DNA of 64,000 bases from Entomortierella parvispora E1425 (taxonomy: Eukaryota; Fungi; Mortierellomycota): assembly GCA_020891255.1 (NCBI GenBank), contig BQFW01000008.1:744001-808000 (forward strand), written 5' to 3'. A program made the translations under genes and the position numbers. The first letter of the stretch is position 1. Every line of letters starts with the position of its first letter. Positions 1 to 11,759 of the stretch are shown one piece after another. The notes below the pieces were generated by a model. That model worked only from the letters and a program-made list of their open reading frames with translations, made no database searches and was not told the DNA's origin.

Positions 1-1851
1 GGTATGGCTTTTTTGGCTTCGAAGAAAACGATGTGGTGGGTTGCTTGGTTGAGCGGTGCGTTTAGTTGCTTGGATGGCGGACGAAGAGTGCGGCCGCGGT
101 CGTCTTATATGCGCAAGCTTGGTGTTGGCCAATACCATCGTCTTCTTGGTTGGCAACAAACCCCCAGCCAGCGCGTGCAATGTACATCACCAAGTGAGGT
201 AACGCTTTTGCCGAGCAATTAGTAAGGGCCCTTGACCCATGAAAGGACACCAAATCTGACTAAGAACAAATCAGGGGACGGTCAAGACAACGAGGCGTAG
301 AATACGCGCGTGCTTCCATGGACGTGGAATGCGTCACACAGCACTCTTTTGCCTTCTATAGTTGGCAATCAAAAAATTCAACCTTGCATCCACGCATCGG
401 TCATCAACTTCCTTTTCGGCAGAGGTTGCCGCCGAGATGTTTTTCCATCATGCCCTTCTCGTAGAGGTATTTTTGATGCAAAATATAGTCCCATTGCTTG
501 TCTAATACGATGTTTTCGTCGGCATGGTCTAGCCGAGTCGCCATATCTAGAATCGTCTTTTCTTTTTAGAGCTCTCCAGTTGTTTTCAAGCATCTGGGCA
601 GAATCAAAGATGATCTTCCAGCCAACCAAGGCTAGTTTATTGCAGTTACTCCAGGCAGTTGGGAGAACGCGAGTAACAGTCTGTTGCCCGCGAGTCTTTG
701 AGATAAGAGTCAGCAATAGAGAATAGTGGCTCAACAATCGGCGGTGCATGTTGAACTGGCGCTCGGCTCTATTCTGATTGATTTTTACAACTGCCTTTCC
801 GTCCGTCCACTGATCGCCATTCGCCTCCACACGATAGCGTAGACGATTTTTCCCCATCCAAGCGACAAAGCAGAGCACCGTGCAGAGGTGCTGGGACTTG
901 CTGTTGAATTGGGCGTACTGACCTAAAGAGCGGAGAAATCTCCGATTCAAAAGAAAGGCCTCAAAAAAAGCCTATGGAAAAATCAAAATCATTGGAAAAT
1001 AAGCGTTGGACCAACGGAGGGACCTGCATCGAGCATTCTGTGCGGACTCAAAGGTCCAGAGGAATGGATGGTCCTAAAAGAGGACCCGTTCATATTTGTG
1101 GTTCTGCTTGCTCGCAGCAGGGGATTGCTCGGCTTTCTTCATGGCAGTTGTCACGGAGAGTTGCCACCAGTGCGCCAGTGCGCCACCAAATTTGTAGAAG
1201 AAAAAAGACCCCTCTCACATCGATCAATTGCGACACGCAGGTCAATATCTGCCTTCTTTTGCTTCAAGGTCAGTCTGGTGGATAGCCCATCGTCCTCTCA
1301 AGCATTGTCTGTGACCAGCGCGGGGACATCTGATGCAGATAATCTTTGCGGCAAAATATCCATGCCCCGCTCAAGGTTACTTTCTCCTCAGCCAGCTGGC
1401 GGTGAACGTTCAGCCAAATAGATTTCGAGTCGGGGTAGAAAGGCGCTTGGGACTTTCTAACCCCTGTCATTGGTGATTTCTGCCCAAAGCGTTTTGAACG
1501 TTCAATCTTTTTTTGGGTGGACGGTCCACATCGTCTGGATAGCTTGCACGTTGGAGACTCGGACATCCTTTCTTGGTATTTTTGGGTGGGTGATCCTCCC
1601 CGCAATGGCAAAAGCAAAAAATGACGGCGCATTGACCCAATGCGAAGGTAGATGCGATAAAAACAGGGAAGCCTCTTTTGGTCGCGTCCCCAAATAAATA
1701 CCGGGTCCCTCCCCCTGTCTTTCTCTTCACTCAACAACCAAACACCAAAACCCCCCTCCTCCAACTTCTAACAAGACTCTCTCTCTTTCCTCGTACACTC
1801 AGAGACCTTCACACTTCCTCCACAAACAAAACCCCCTCACACACTCCAGCC

Positions 1852-2064
1852 ATGCCTTCCTTCCTCAAGAACTCCAAGAAGAACAAGACCGCTTCGGCCG
1901 ATAACACCCCTGCTCAGACTCCTCGTACTTCGATCCACTTGTCGAGCCCTTCAGACATGACTGGTATCCTCAATTACAAGACCAACTCTCACAAGCAGAT
2001 CGACTTGGCTCTCCAGAAGTCGACCATTGGCCACATGCAGGCCATGTCCCTTTCAAGGATCTAA
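1852..2064 (+). CDS. 70-aa microprotein, TPAQTPR family (paralog A)
   Basis: ATG at 1852 in CCAGCCATG context after a C/A-rich leader; C-ending codon bias; AATAAA-like signal near 2195; clear similarity to the ORF at 45976-46179 (F.K.SK.N.T...TPAQTPR.S ... A.QK..(I/V)G ... RI). Confidence 0.6.
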   Translation: MPSFLKNSKKNKTASADNTPAQTPRTSIHLSSPSDMTGILNYKTNSHKQIDLALQKSTIGHMQAMSLSRI

Positions 2065-2847
2065 AAAAGTCGATCTCACTGGACCTTCAAGCTTCAAGAC
2101 CCCCTACATCTCTTAATTATATTTCTTTGCAGAAGGCCAGCCCTCGACTACCAGAAAAAAACCAATCATACCCCCACATCTCAGCATATTAAAAAATAAA
2201 AATAACCCCCAAGCATGAAGAACCCATCTCTTCCTCAGAAAGTCCCTGATTGCCACAAATAGTTAGAAACGGGTGTAAACACCAAAGACACCTTGCCATT
2301 TTGGAAATCCATGACTTCTTGGGACTTTGACAGCCATAAGGATATAGACAACGGCCTCTGAGAAGAGTTTACGAAGATTAAGATCACAGGTGCTGGCCAC
2401 CAAGCTTCTTTTCTGATATGATTCCCGGCTTCTGACTCCATCTCAGTTGCATGCAAACAGGTGGCATCAAATCCGGACGAACAAGAAGCTATATCTAGTA
2501 TAACAACTGGCAACATCCAAGAGGACCTAGAGTCTTCAGTCAGCTGGAATGGAATGCACAGAGCCCAAATGGTGCCCCTGTGCTATTGCACGCTGGTAAC
2601 AGGTTCGCTGTCCTGTTAGTTCACTCGTTCAACGTTACGCCTTCCCTTCAATCGAGCCAACTGTCCTGCAACTTCGAATGTTTGCCGCCCAAACCCGAGC
2701 TACATTGTCTTTCATTGCAAATCTAGTGGTTCCAATGATCTTTCAAGATAAAAACAGGCAGAGACGGACAAGAGGCGTTTTTGTTTTCGTTGTTCAATCA
2801 AAACGTTGAATTTGTATGTGATTTATTCTTGAGAGGTAAATCAACAT

Positions 2848-4160
2848 TTAAGCACGAGCCTGGGCGACGGAGGCAGCAATGCGATCCAAATCACGCTGAC
2901 CATCGACGGTGATCTTGCGTCCACTATTGAATTAGAAGGGAAAGTCAAAGAAAAATAAAAGAGTCAGTACTTGATCGCAACAGTATTCACTATTATAGTG
3001 CATCCAGTGGCTCAGTAGAAGAAAACATGTAACATACCCGTTCTCATCAGCCTCCAAGACGTTGATCTTCTCCAAGGCCTGGAGGACCTTGCGGGCAATG
3101 GAGCCGGAAGACTTGACGTGGTGGGAGGGGCGGGAACCGCGGTTCTGGGTACCACCGTGGAGCTTCTTCAAGGCACCGACACCGACACCGCGACGGAGGT
3201 AGATGTGGCGGGCAACGCTGGCTATTAATCATCAAAGCAAATCAGAACAGGCGGGTTAGGCACAGAGTCGAGCTGAAGTGTGGAACTGACCAGAGGGTCA
3301 GTTGTGTGGTGAGAAGGGTGAAGGGGACAACAGTATTGATTCCCGAGTTGATTCCCGAGGCTGCTCCGGTGTAAGATGCCGAGTCGTCTGGATTTTTTTC
3401 TTGAATCGGGCAAGTTTTTGGCGTACAATAATCATTCGTTCATCCTGAAATGAAATCCATCAGTCATAGAGGGAGGATTGGTGATGGATCATAGGGCACC
3501 GTCAGTTTGTCGATAAAAGATGTTGCGGCTGATTCCACAGAAAAGCAGAGTGCAATTTTTTTTCCAGAGTTGTATCCAGTTGAAGTTGTTGTTTAGAACC
3601 GAGATGTTGTGATCCAACTGCCAAAAAAAAAAAAAAAAAAAAAAAAAACTCCTTTTGTCCTGATGATGGATCGACGAGTCCTCCACTTTTCCCGAGGCAT
3701 AAAGTCCTTCCGATAATTACCAGCGCGAACGTAGAACCAGTCGGGGTCATAAGGAGCCAACTCCTTGTAGGTGCCGGTCTTGACAATATCGACCCACTTG
3801 GGGATCTCGAGCTTGCCGGAACTAATGAATTGAGAAAATGAAAGATCCAACGTAACCGATGAGAATCAAAGATTCATCCAACATCCAAATTGATGATTCA
3901 TTCCCCTTGACTTCAATGTTTAAAATGTCGAGATGTCTCGTTCGTCATGTAGAATGTGAAATGTCAACAGGTTGGGTTCCAAATGATCCGAGAATCCCAT
4001 CATCCCATCATGAATGATGATTCCGATCGCCCATCCAAGTGGATCCTCCTGACCGAGTCCAAAGTGTCACCAAAACTCACCGCTTAAGGTAGGCGGCGTA
4101 AGCGCGGTTGAAGTCGTGGGCGTTGATGTCCTGAACGGTGACCGAGTACAAGGCAGCCAT
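2848..4160 (-). CDS. RPS19: 40S ribosomal protein S19 (eS19), 146 aa, 4 exons
   Basis: Exons 4160-4081, 3821-3721, 3221-3038, 2923-2848 (441 nt, GT-AG). Translation contains [41 protein letters not shown] and GQRDLDRIA, diagnostic of eS19. Confidence 0.97.
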
Positions 4161-4308
4161 GTTAAATGATCGAATTTGAAAGGGTTTGAATGAGAATCAA
4201 TGCGGGCTTTCTTTTAACGTGAAAAATCTGATGTACTTAAGGGTCCGGGACAAATGAAAACAAAGCCCCTTTCTTTGGTTCTACACCCTTAACGAAAATC
4301 AAGAAACT

Positions 4309-7234
4309 TTATTCTGGGGGCATTGGAGGCGCTCCAACGGGTGCCGCGTGAAGAAGGCGTTCAAGTGGATGCAGCTCTGGCGTCCGGCCTGTGCCGAGGA
4401 ATTCTAGACCAAGACCCACTGGTGGTGGAGGTGGTGCCTGAGAGGGGGGAGGTGGAGGAGGGAGTGGTGAGAGTGAACGCGGCTGTAAAACGGTTCCTGG
4501 CAGTGAGTTCTGTCGCATGGGCGTCGCAGCGCTGTTCCGTCGTGGTCCTCCACCCCAGAGGTTCTTGACGAGCACAGCTGTCGAAAGATCTGGAGTCGCC
4601 GCTGCAGAATTGGAGTTGGATGGATTCATTCTTGAAAATGACATGGATCGTGACCCCCGCCTTGGAGGCACGGACGATTGCAGTTCTACAAATTTGATCA
4701 TATCCTCGCCTAGCTCTTCAAATTCAGAATCCTGCCCTTCATCATCCTCGTCGTCGATATCAACAGCCTCATCTTCAGTACTGAACCGAAACTTTTCAGA
4801 TTCTGCGTAGGATCGAAAGAAGCTCAGTCGATCATCCTCACTATCAAGTGCCTTTCGGCTACTTGGGACATCTGTGGAATCCTGTGCGTGGTTAACGTCG
4901 ATGGAGTGCTTATTGTCATCTTTCATGGAGTGCTGGTGGTTGCTGAACTCCTGCTCTGATCTCAACAACGTTTGTAGGTCAAATTTGAGAGTCCCTGGTC
5001 GTGATGTTTCTTTGAAGAGAATGGGATCCACATTCTGATCCTGTGCAACCGGAGGCTGCGCATTGTTACTGATACCAGCGACAACATGGGCGCCTCTGAA
5101 TCCTGCGATACTGGTACGGTCCATTGAGCAATAGGTCATGGTCGAGGAGCGTGTTGATCGTGGTTGGTGCGAGCTGGAGCGGGTTGTGTTTTCCTCCAGA
5201 CATCTGGATCCGTTGCGGAGCAAATCCTGGGTGGTGAGCAGTATACGTTCATATACAGCATCGGACTCCTTAAAGCACCAGTTTTCAATGACTTCATCCG
5301 GACACACATCAATGTCGACCTTAATATTGTTCTCTCGACAATAAAACTCCACACTAAAGTCACAGCAGGCAATATTGAGTTAATAGCCGATACTCTTTTG
5401 TTGCAATATATGAAGGGAGGTCCAGCTTTGCTTTAACGGCGAAAACTAGTACAGGACTTACGCTTGGAGCTGAATCTGCACCTCAAGGAGAGCCTTTTCT
5501 CGCCGCAAAAGAACTCTGTCGAGGGTCTCTTTTTCTCCTTTCAAGTTTGCATTCTCAATCTGAAGCTCGATAATCTACCAATGGTGAATCTTCATGTTAG
5601 CCAAGTTCATTCTTCTCCACCGGTGTCTGAGGTTTTGATTATTTCTAGTACTGGATGCCCCATACCTTGCAGTAAAGACTGCACTCCCGCTGGCGATGCT
5701 CTTCCTCTTCTCGCTTCATCTCTCTCTTCACATTCTCAGGGAACTCAAGAGGAGGTGGGCAGTTGCATTGAACAACAACTGTCGCTTCCGTGGAAGAGTT
5801 GTTTTTTGTGACAGGGCTCATGGATGTCTCTCCTGGTGTTGGATGTGCGTTGGTCTCTGCATTTGAGAAAGTCGCTGAGGGTGTCGTTAATTTCGTAAGG
5901 TTATTTACACTGGTCTTGCTAGTTGAAGATATGGAGGCTGTAGTAGCGCCTGATGTTGGACAGAATGAAGAAAATGACTTTCCCCTTGGTCGAACATTTG
6001 CTGGGGAGAGGTTCGTTCTGGTCGGGCTCGGTTTACTACTGCCGCTGCCATTATTGTTTGTGCTGCTGCTGGTGTTGCTATGTACAGTGTGGGTGCTACT
6101 ATGGCTGGTGTATCCTGAAGGAGATGCTGATGTGGAAGTGGGAGAAGCAGAAGAAACGCTCAGATCAGCACAAGAGGGCCTTCTAGACATTGGCTTTCGC
6201 AGAGTCGGTGCTGGAAGGCGGGAGTTGCTGCCTTTTGGTAAAGCGGAGGCTGTTGTCGAAGTTGTCGAGTGAACGATGGTGGCCATGGTGCTGTTGATGG
6301 CCGTGGCGGTGGTCGTAGTCGAGGACATGATCTGAACTTCAGGAATAATGGGTGTGGTTGCAACAGACGAGGACGCAGAACTGAAGACCAAGGATTCTTC
6401 GCTTGGGGACCTGGTCATAAAGCAGCCAGAGTCGATCCCTGCATGCAGTCTATTCTTGGATCGTGCCACTGAGGATCCTGATATTGACGAGGGGCTAATG
6501 GGAGTTGCAACAACTGCAGACGATGTCATAAGGGGATTTGAGGGAAAGGTACTGGGGCTCGAAGTTTGGGGTGTTTGAAGGGACGAGTTGGGTGACGGGG
6601 CTATCGGTGGTAAGGATGAGCTCTTCTTCATAGCCGTTGCCACCGTAACAATAGAAGGCGGCTTGGTACCCATTCCCTTCAGCGACTTTGATGCAAGCTT
6701 GACAGAGCTCGACAGAGCCGATACAGAGCCAGATAAGGTCGTTGGTGATGCGATGGATCCTGCGCGCTGCGAGTCCCCGAACCTGGTTGCAGTAGTCAGT
6801 CGAGGAGAAGACGAGGCGGAAGAATATGTTTTCGCAGAGGAAAGCGCTGAGGCTGGCCTTGCAATGTTAGAAGGTGCCAACGAGCTGTCATTCCTTTCTG
6901 CAGACAGACGAGGTAAACTACGTGGTGAGCGCAACTTTGGGGCCTCTTTGGCGGGCTGCAGGAGCTGCGAAGTGGTGTTGGATTGTAGAGCCCTTTGCGT
7001 TGGTATGGAGGAGGAGGTTGCAGAAAAGATAGGCAAGGACGGCCTCCGCGGTTTGGTGGTCATGGCGGCGGTTGAGGTGGTGTTTGTCCCTGACGATGCA
7101 TGAATATTATTGCTCTTGACTGCAGCTGGAGACGATGCGTTGAAGGTGATATTGGCAGATATGGTTGCTGAAGGATTCGGCAGGGTACTCGAGGATCGAG
7201 TACGGTTTTGAAAGCGAGTAGAAGATGTTGCCAT
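4309..7234 (-). CDS. Hypothetical Ser/Thr-rich low-complexity protein with central coiled coil, ~908 aa, 3 exons
   Basis: ORFs 5645-7234 and 4309-5352 are joined via exon 5574-5462 (IIELQIENANLKGEKETLDRVLLRREKALLEVQIQLQ). Exons 7234-5666, 5574-5462, 5353-4309; GT-AG sites with matching phases. No recognised domain. Confidence 0.8.
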
Positions 7235-8010
7235 CGCGTTGCATTGTCGAGTCCCGGTCGAATGGGGTGGGGAGGAAAGTAGATGAATGGGCAGAGCGGA
7301 TCAGATGTCCTCTCGGACGAATCGTTTTGTGAATGAGGGGGAGGGGGAGAGAGAGGAGAGGGGTAAGTCGGGCAGAGGAGGACAGACAGACAGAGAGAGC
7401 GAATGAGAGAGAGAAAGGAAAAGGGAAAAAGGAACGCGGAGGCGATGAAGAGGGAGGGAGGTCCATGGCACGTTCTGCAGCATTGAGCAGACGCGTTTGA
7501 TGTCTTGTTTATTCCTTCGTTCGTTCCTTCCGTCCGTCTTTCATTTCTTTCCTTTGTGCGACTTTCCTCTTCTCCCTCCTGCCCCCTTTCTCCACCGGCT
7601 GACTTGCTTTTTTGTGCCAGAGTCACGATTCTTCCCCATCGCCTCCTTCCCAGCATCATACCATCATACCCCGCTGAAGACTGTCCCCTTTTTAAGCACG
7701 GCTCCGTCTCCCCTCGGTTCCAGGTTGTGTCTCCTCCCTTGCCTGCACTCTAACCCAATAAATCCATTAATATGTCTCTCCAAGAATGACAAAGACTCGT
7801 CAATTGCTTAAAACAGGGCAGACCGTTTCGTACCTGTCCCTGGACGCAAACTGTTACTAGCCTGTGGATTGTCAGACGATGCCAATGGGCGTAATATCTT
7901 TTGGTAGGGCTATTTATTTGATGATATGCAAAACTAGCCAGCATAGAAGTTCGAAAGAGGCGCGCCATCGACTGCCAGGGAGGCGATCCGGGTATTTTTA
8001 TCCATGTGCA

Positions 8011-9391
8011 CTAGTAGTAATCGTCATAGTCCGACTCCAAATAGACCTCGTCAGTGTGCCCAACGTATGCAGCTCCTCCTTCATAGTCAGCATCATCAAA
8101 ATCCTCGTACTCGCTCCCATACTCGATATCTGAAGCCACGAACTCGTCATCCTCATCGTCATCATCGTCGTCGTACTCCCAGTTATGATCATGATCCCAT
8201 GGTCGAGAAGACGTTGGGGCGCGAACGGTTGAACTTACACCCCAACTATCGTCAGGGTTGATTTGCATATTCTGAAGTCGCATTAAAAGGTTTCGGAGAC
8301 CCTCTACATGATCTCGAGAGTCCATGACCGTTTGTCCCAGATGAGCCAGACTGCGGAACGCAACTCTTTGATGAAAGTCCCACCGAGAGTCCTGTCGTGG
8401 ACCATGGTGATGTCTCCGTCTGTTAAGTCTGGGGTTCGAGTTTGGATTCACGGTCGAGCGCTGACCATTTTCGTCCAGGTGAGCAAAAAAACAATCCTCT
8501 CCAAAAGGACACCATCGTCGATCACCTGAATCCGTAAAGTATTTGCATGGCCGTTGAGAGATAACTTCCTTGTAGTTTTGGACAATGGCCTCCTTTTGCT
8601 CTGGACTCGTCGGTAAGATGGAGGAGGGAATAACAAACAATGACCGTGTTCTGCAGTTGGGGCAAGCCTTTGTGACCGAAGCTCCTCTCTCATGGGGCTG
8701 CATGTCATCTGTGATTTCCTTAGACCGCCAAGTGCGAATGCATTCCAAACAAAAGGCGTGATTGCAGGAAGCTATCCAAAGACAGAGTCCACATAAAAAG
8801 TGAGTAAAATGACCAGAGAGGGGGCACACACCTCTCCATGTAGGACCAACTGTGCCAGCGAGAGGGGCATGAACAAAGTCTTCACTCACCTAGCAAGCCA
8901 AACGTTGATGGGATCTCGAAACAAATGGCGCATTTCATATCGTCCTCTTCCAGAGCCGGTGCCGCACTCACAGACGCGTTTTCCGCAGCGTCAGGATACA
9001 GGCTCTCACTGTCCTCTCCATCTCGGCTCCTATATTCACCACCTAGAGCAGTGCCAATCACTGCACGATCATGCGAAAACCAACAAGCTTCGCCACGACA
9101 ACAATATCCTGCTAAATACCAGCGACACGGCGTCATTTGAGCAAAAGTAGGCCGAGCACTTCCAGGAGTTGGCTGTGTAAGTGTTGACGGTCGAGCAGAA
9201 GAAGGCGCTTGAGGTGAAGAGGAAGAAGACGACGACGATGAAGAGGTGGAGGCTTCACTGGTGTCAGGCTCGCCTTCTGCCTCGAGCAGGGTGGCTCTTG
9301 AAATGGAGGAGAATCCCTCGTGGTAAAAGCGACATTGGCTCCCATTCCTGCAAGTCCCCGCGAGAAAGAATCGGCATGGCTGCGTCGTCAT
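8011..9391 (-). CDS. MKRN: Makorin-family CCCH zinc finger / RING E3 ubiquitin ligase, 420 aa, 2 exons
   Basis: Exons 9391-8890, 8771-8011. Two N-terminal C3H fingers (CRFFLAGTCRNGSQCRFYH; CRWYLAGYCCRGEACWFSH), RING CAICFE..FGLL.SCNHAFCLECIRTWR..CPNCR, and C-terminal C3H CKYF..CPFGEDCFFAH. Confidence 0.92.
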
Positions 9392-9814
9392 TGTGTATTC
9401 TCGAGGCAAAGTGAGGCAGTCTGCAAACGAAGAATGAAAGAGTTGCTGGGGATTGGACAGTGGGAATGGCGGAAAGCAGAAAAGCAGGGGTGTGTGGTCG
9501 GGTCGTGAGGGGTGGGTTTGATTGCAGGCGGCAGTACAGTAGGAGGCACGTGCGGTGGCGCACGTGATGCCAGGCAATTTGACCGCGCATGGTCTTGATG
9601 AAGATCAGGGTGGGACAATGTTGTTGTTGTGCAAAGGCGCGTTTTTATTTTTTTATGTCGTTGCTGTGAGATTTGAAGAGTGGAGTTTTGTGTAATGGTA
9701 ACAAAATGCATGCCAAAGTGCTAGATGCTGATGAATGATGTTCGCGAGTATTAAATGTAGTTACGCGGGATATACAAGTGGGTTTTTGTTTAAGAAGCTG
9801 AGGATGTTGGATGT

Positions 9815-11759
9815 TTACTTGCTCTCCTCAACGACAGAGACCTCGGTGATCTCTGTGGTGACAGAGGCAGGCACAGCATCCTCAATGGCCTCCTTGACCT
9901 CTGAGGCCATGACGGGTCTGACGGGCAAGAACCAGGCACAGATACAGCAGATCAGAGTGATAGCAAACGTGATCCACTGAACAATCTTCCAGCCGTGCAT
10001 GAACGAGTTCAAGTACTGGGCATCGATACCGCCTCCAAAGATGAACAATTCTTGGACGGCATCTGGGGGCATGCCAGAAATGATGACCTTGAAGCAGATG
10101 ACAATAGCAATCATCTGGGACAACATCGTGAACATGATACGAAGCGACGAAGATGAAGACCGCTGCTGAGGCAAAATGCAGAGCATCGAGATCGAGGCAG
10201 CGGGAGAAGAGTACAGACCCCATCCAAGACCGTCAATGAGCAACAATAAGGAAATGATCCAGGTGTTGGTCTCGGGCTTGATGATGATGGGCATCAACAT
10301 TGTGCCCACTGACGCCACTCCAAGTCCAATGAAGCACAGGTAACGGAATCCGATTGTGTCAGCCAATTTTCCAGCGGGCATACCGGCAAGCATGATACCG
10401 AGACCGAAGGGGATCAAGAGAATACCGGCCATGAGGGGATCTTTCTTGTAAGGACCCTGGAAGAAGAAGATGAACGAGAACGTCAAGTTGGTACGGGCGA
10501 CACCTCCAGCCAATCCTCCCAAAACGACGGTGTTGTTGAAGACCCAGTTCGTGAACAGGCGGAAATCCATGAAGGGGGCTGTGACGGCGTTAAAGCGCTT
10601 GCCTCCACGGACATAGGTCTCTTGAACAATAAAGGCGATGAAAAGCACACCGAAAGCAACACCCATGCCAACCAAAGAGCTGGTCTCGGAAACCTTGCCG
10701 TTAGGGAACAAAGCACTGACAACAACAACAAAGAGGAGGGCGATGCTGGTAGTCAATGTGATAAATCCGGTGTAATCAAAAGTCTTGACCAACTTGTTGA
10801 AGGACGCGTACTGGACGTGAGGGAAGATGGTATCGTGGCAGAAACAGAAGCCAGCAATAGTTCCAATAGCGCCAAAGGGCAAGTTGAAGAAGAAGACCCA
10901 TTTCCAGCTGGCCTTGACAGTGGCACCTCCGATGACGGGTCCCAAGATTGTACCGGCGGCGAAAGCAATGTTGATGATTCCACTGGCAAGTCCGACCTGG
11001 TTATAAGGGTAAAACTTGTCGGCGACAATGGCAAAGCAGTTGGAGAACAAAAGGGCTCCTCCAAGACCCTGAATCACACGGAAAGCCAGGAGATCGTAAC
11101 CGTTGTACTTGGCTTGTGATAGACCACAAAGAAGAGATCCAATGGTGAAGACCAAGAAACCGATATTGAACATGATGCAACTAAAGAGAAATGAGTGGAG
11201 ATATGAGCAACCTGGAGCAACATTTTCCCGAAGGGTTGTAGATCGAAGCGATTACGACACTCACCGCATGCCACGGAGACCGGCATCGCCGATGAATCCC
11301 AAAAGAGGGACGGTAGCGGTAATGGCCAAGGTGTAGGTCAAGAGAACCCAAATGATGGTGGCAAAGTTGATCTAATCGTGTCCACATGAAATGAAACGTG
11401 GGTGAGTTCCAAGAGAGTTCTTTGTTGCTAAACACAGATAAACAGAGCTCAAATTCATCCTCGATTTTTACATTGAGGTTCTGCATCAGGTCAGGAAGAG
11501 CAACAATCAAGGCGGAACCCTGGAGGGAAACAAAGAGGGCACCGAGCGTAGCGGTCGCGAGGACGATCCACCGTCTTGATGGAGGCTCTTGGTTAGTTTT
11601 GCGAGCCTTGGACATCTCGATGTCGAGCTCGGCCTGTTCCATGGTTTCGTGCTCCATCTCATGACGCAGATTGTCTGCAATGGTATCAGAAACGTTGGTG
11701 ACCGAGCCTGAGTTTTGAGACTCGGCTTTGCCCTCGATATATTCTTGCTTATCAGTCAT
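9815..11759 (-). CDS. MFS drug:H+ antiporter-2 (EmrB/QacA-like) transporter, 586 aa, 3 exons
   Basis: Exons 11759-11472, 11371-11265, 11180-9815. Many hydrophobic segments; DHA2-type motifs IVALPDLMQNL, FRVIQGLGGALL, GPVIGG..WKWVFFFNLPFG, GKLADTIG. Confidence 0.9.

Noticed and set aside
310-1764. ORFs 310-726, 378-950, 1068-1421, 1270-1764
   Set aside because: No recognisable domain, poor codon bias, non-ATG starts for most; probably intergenic.
3222-4080. Intronic snoRNAs in the long RPS19 introns
   Set aside because: No properly spaced C box (RTGATGA) and D box (CTGA) pair with terminal stem on the sense strand; H/ACA cannot be judged by eye.
5790-7103. Long antisense ORFs over Ser-rich and Gln-rich genes (also 54056-54663)
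   Set aside because: Expected artefact of low-complexity coding sequence lacking stops on the opposite strand.
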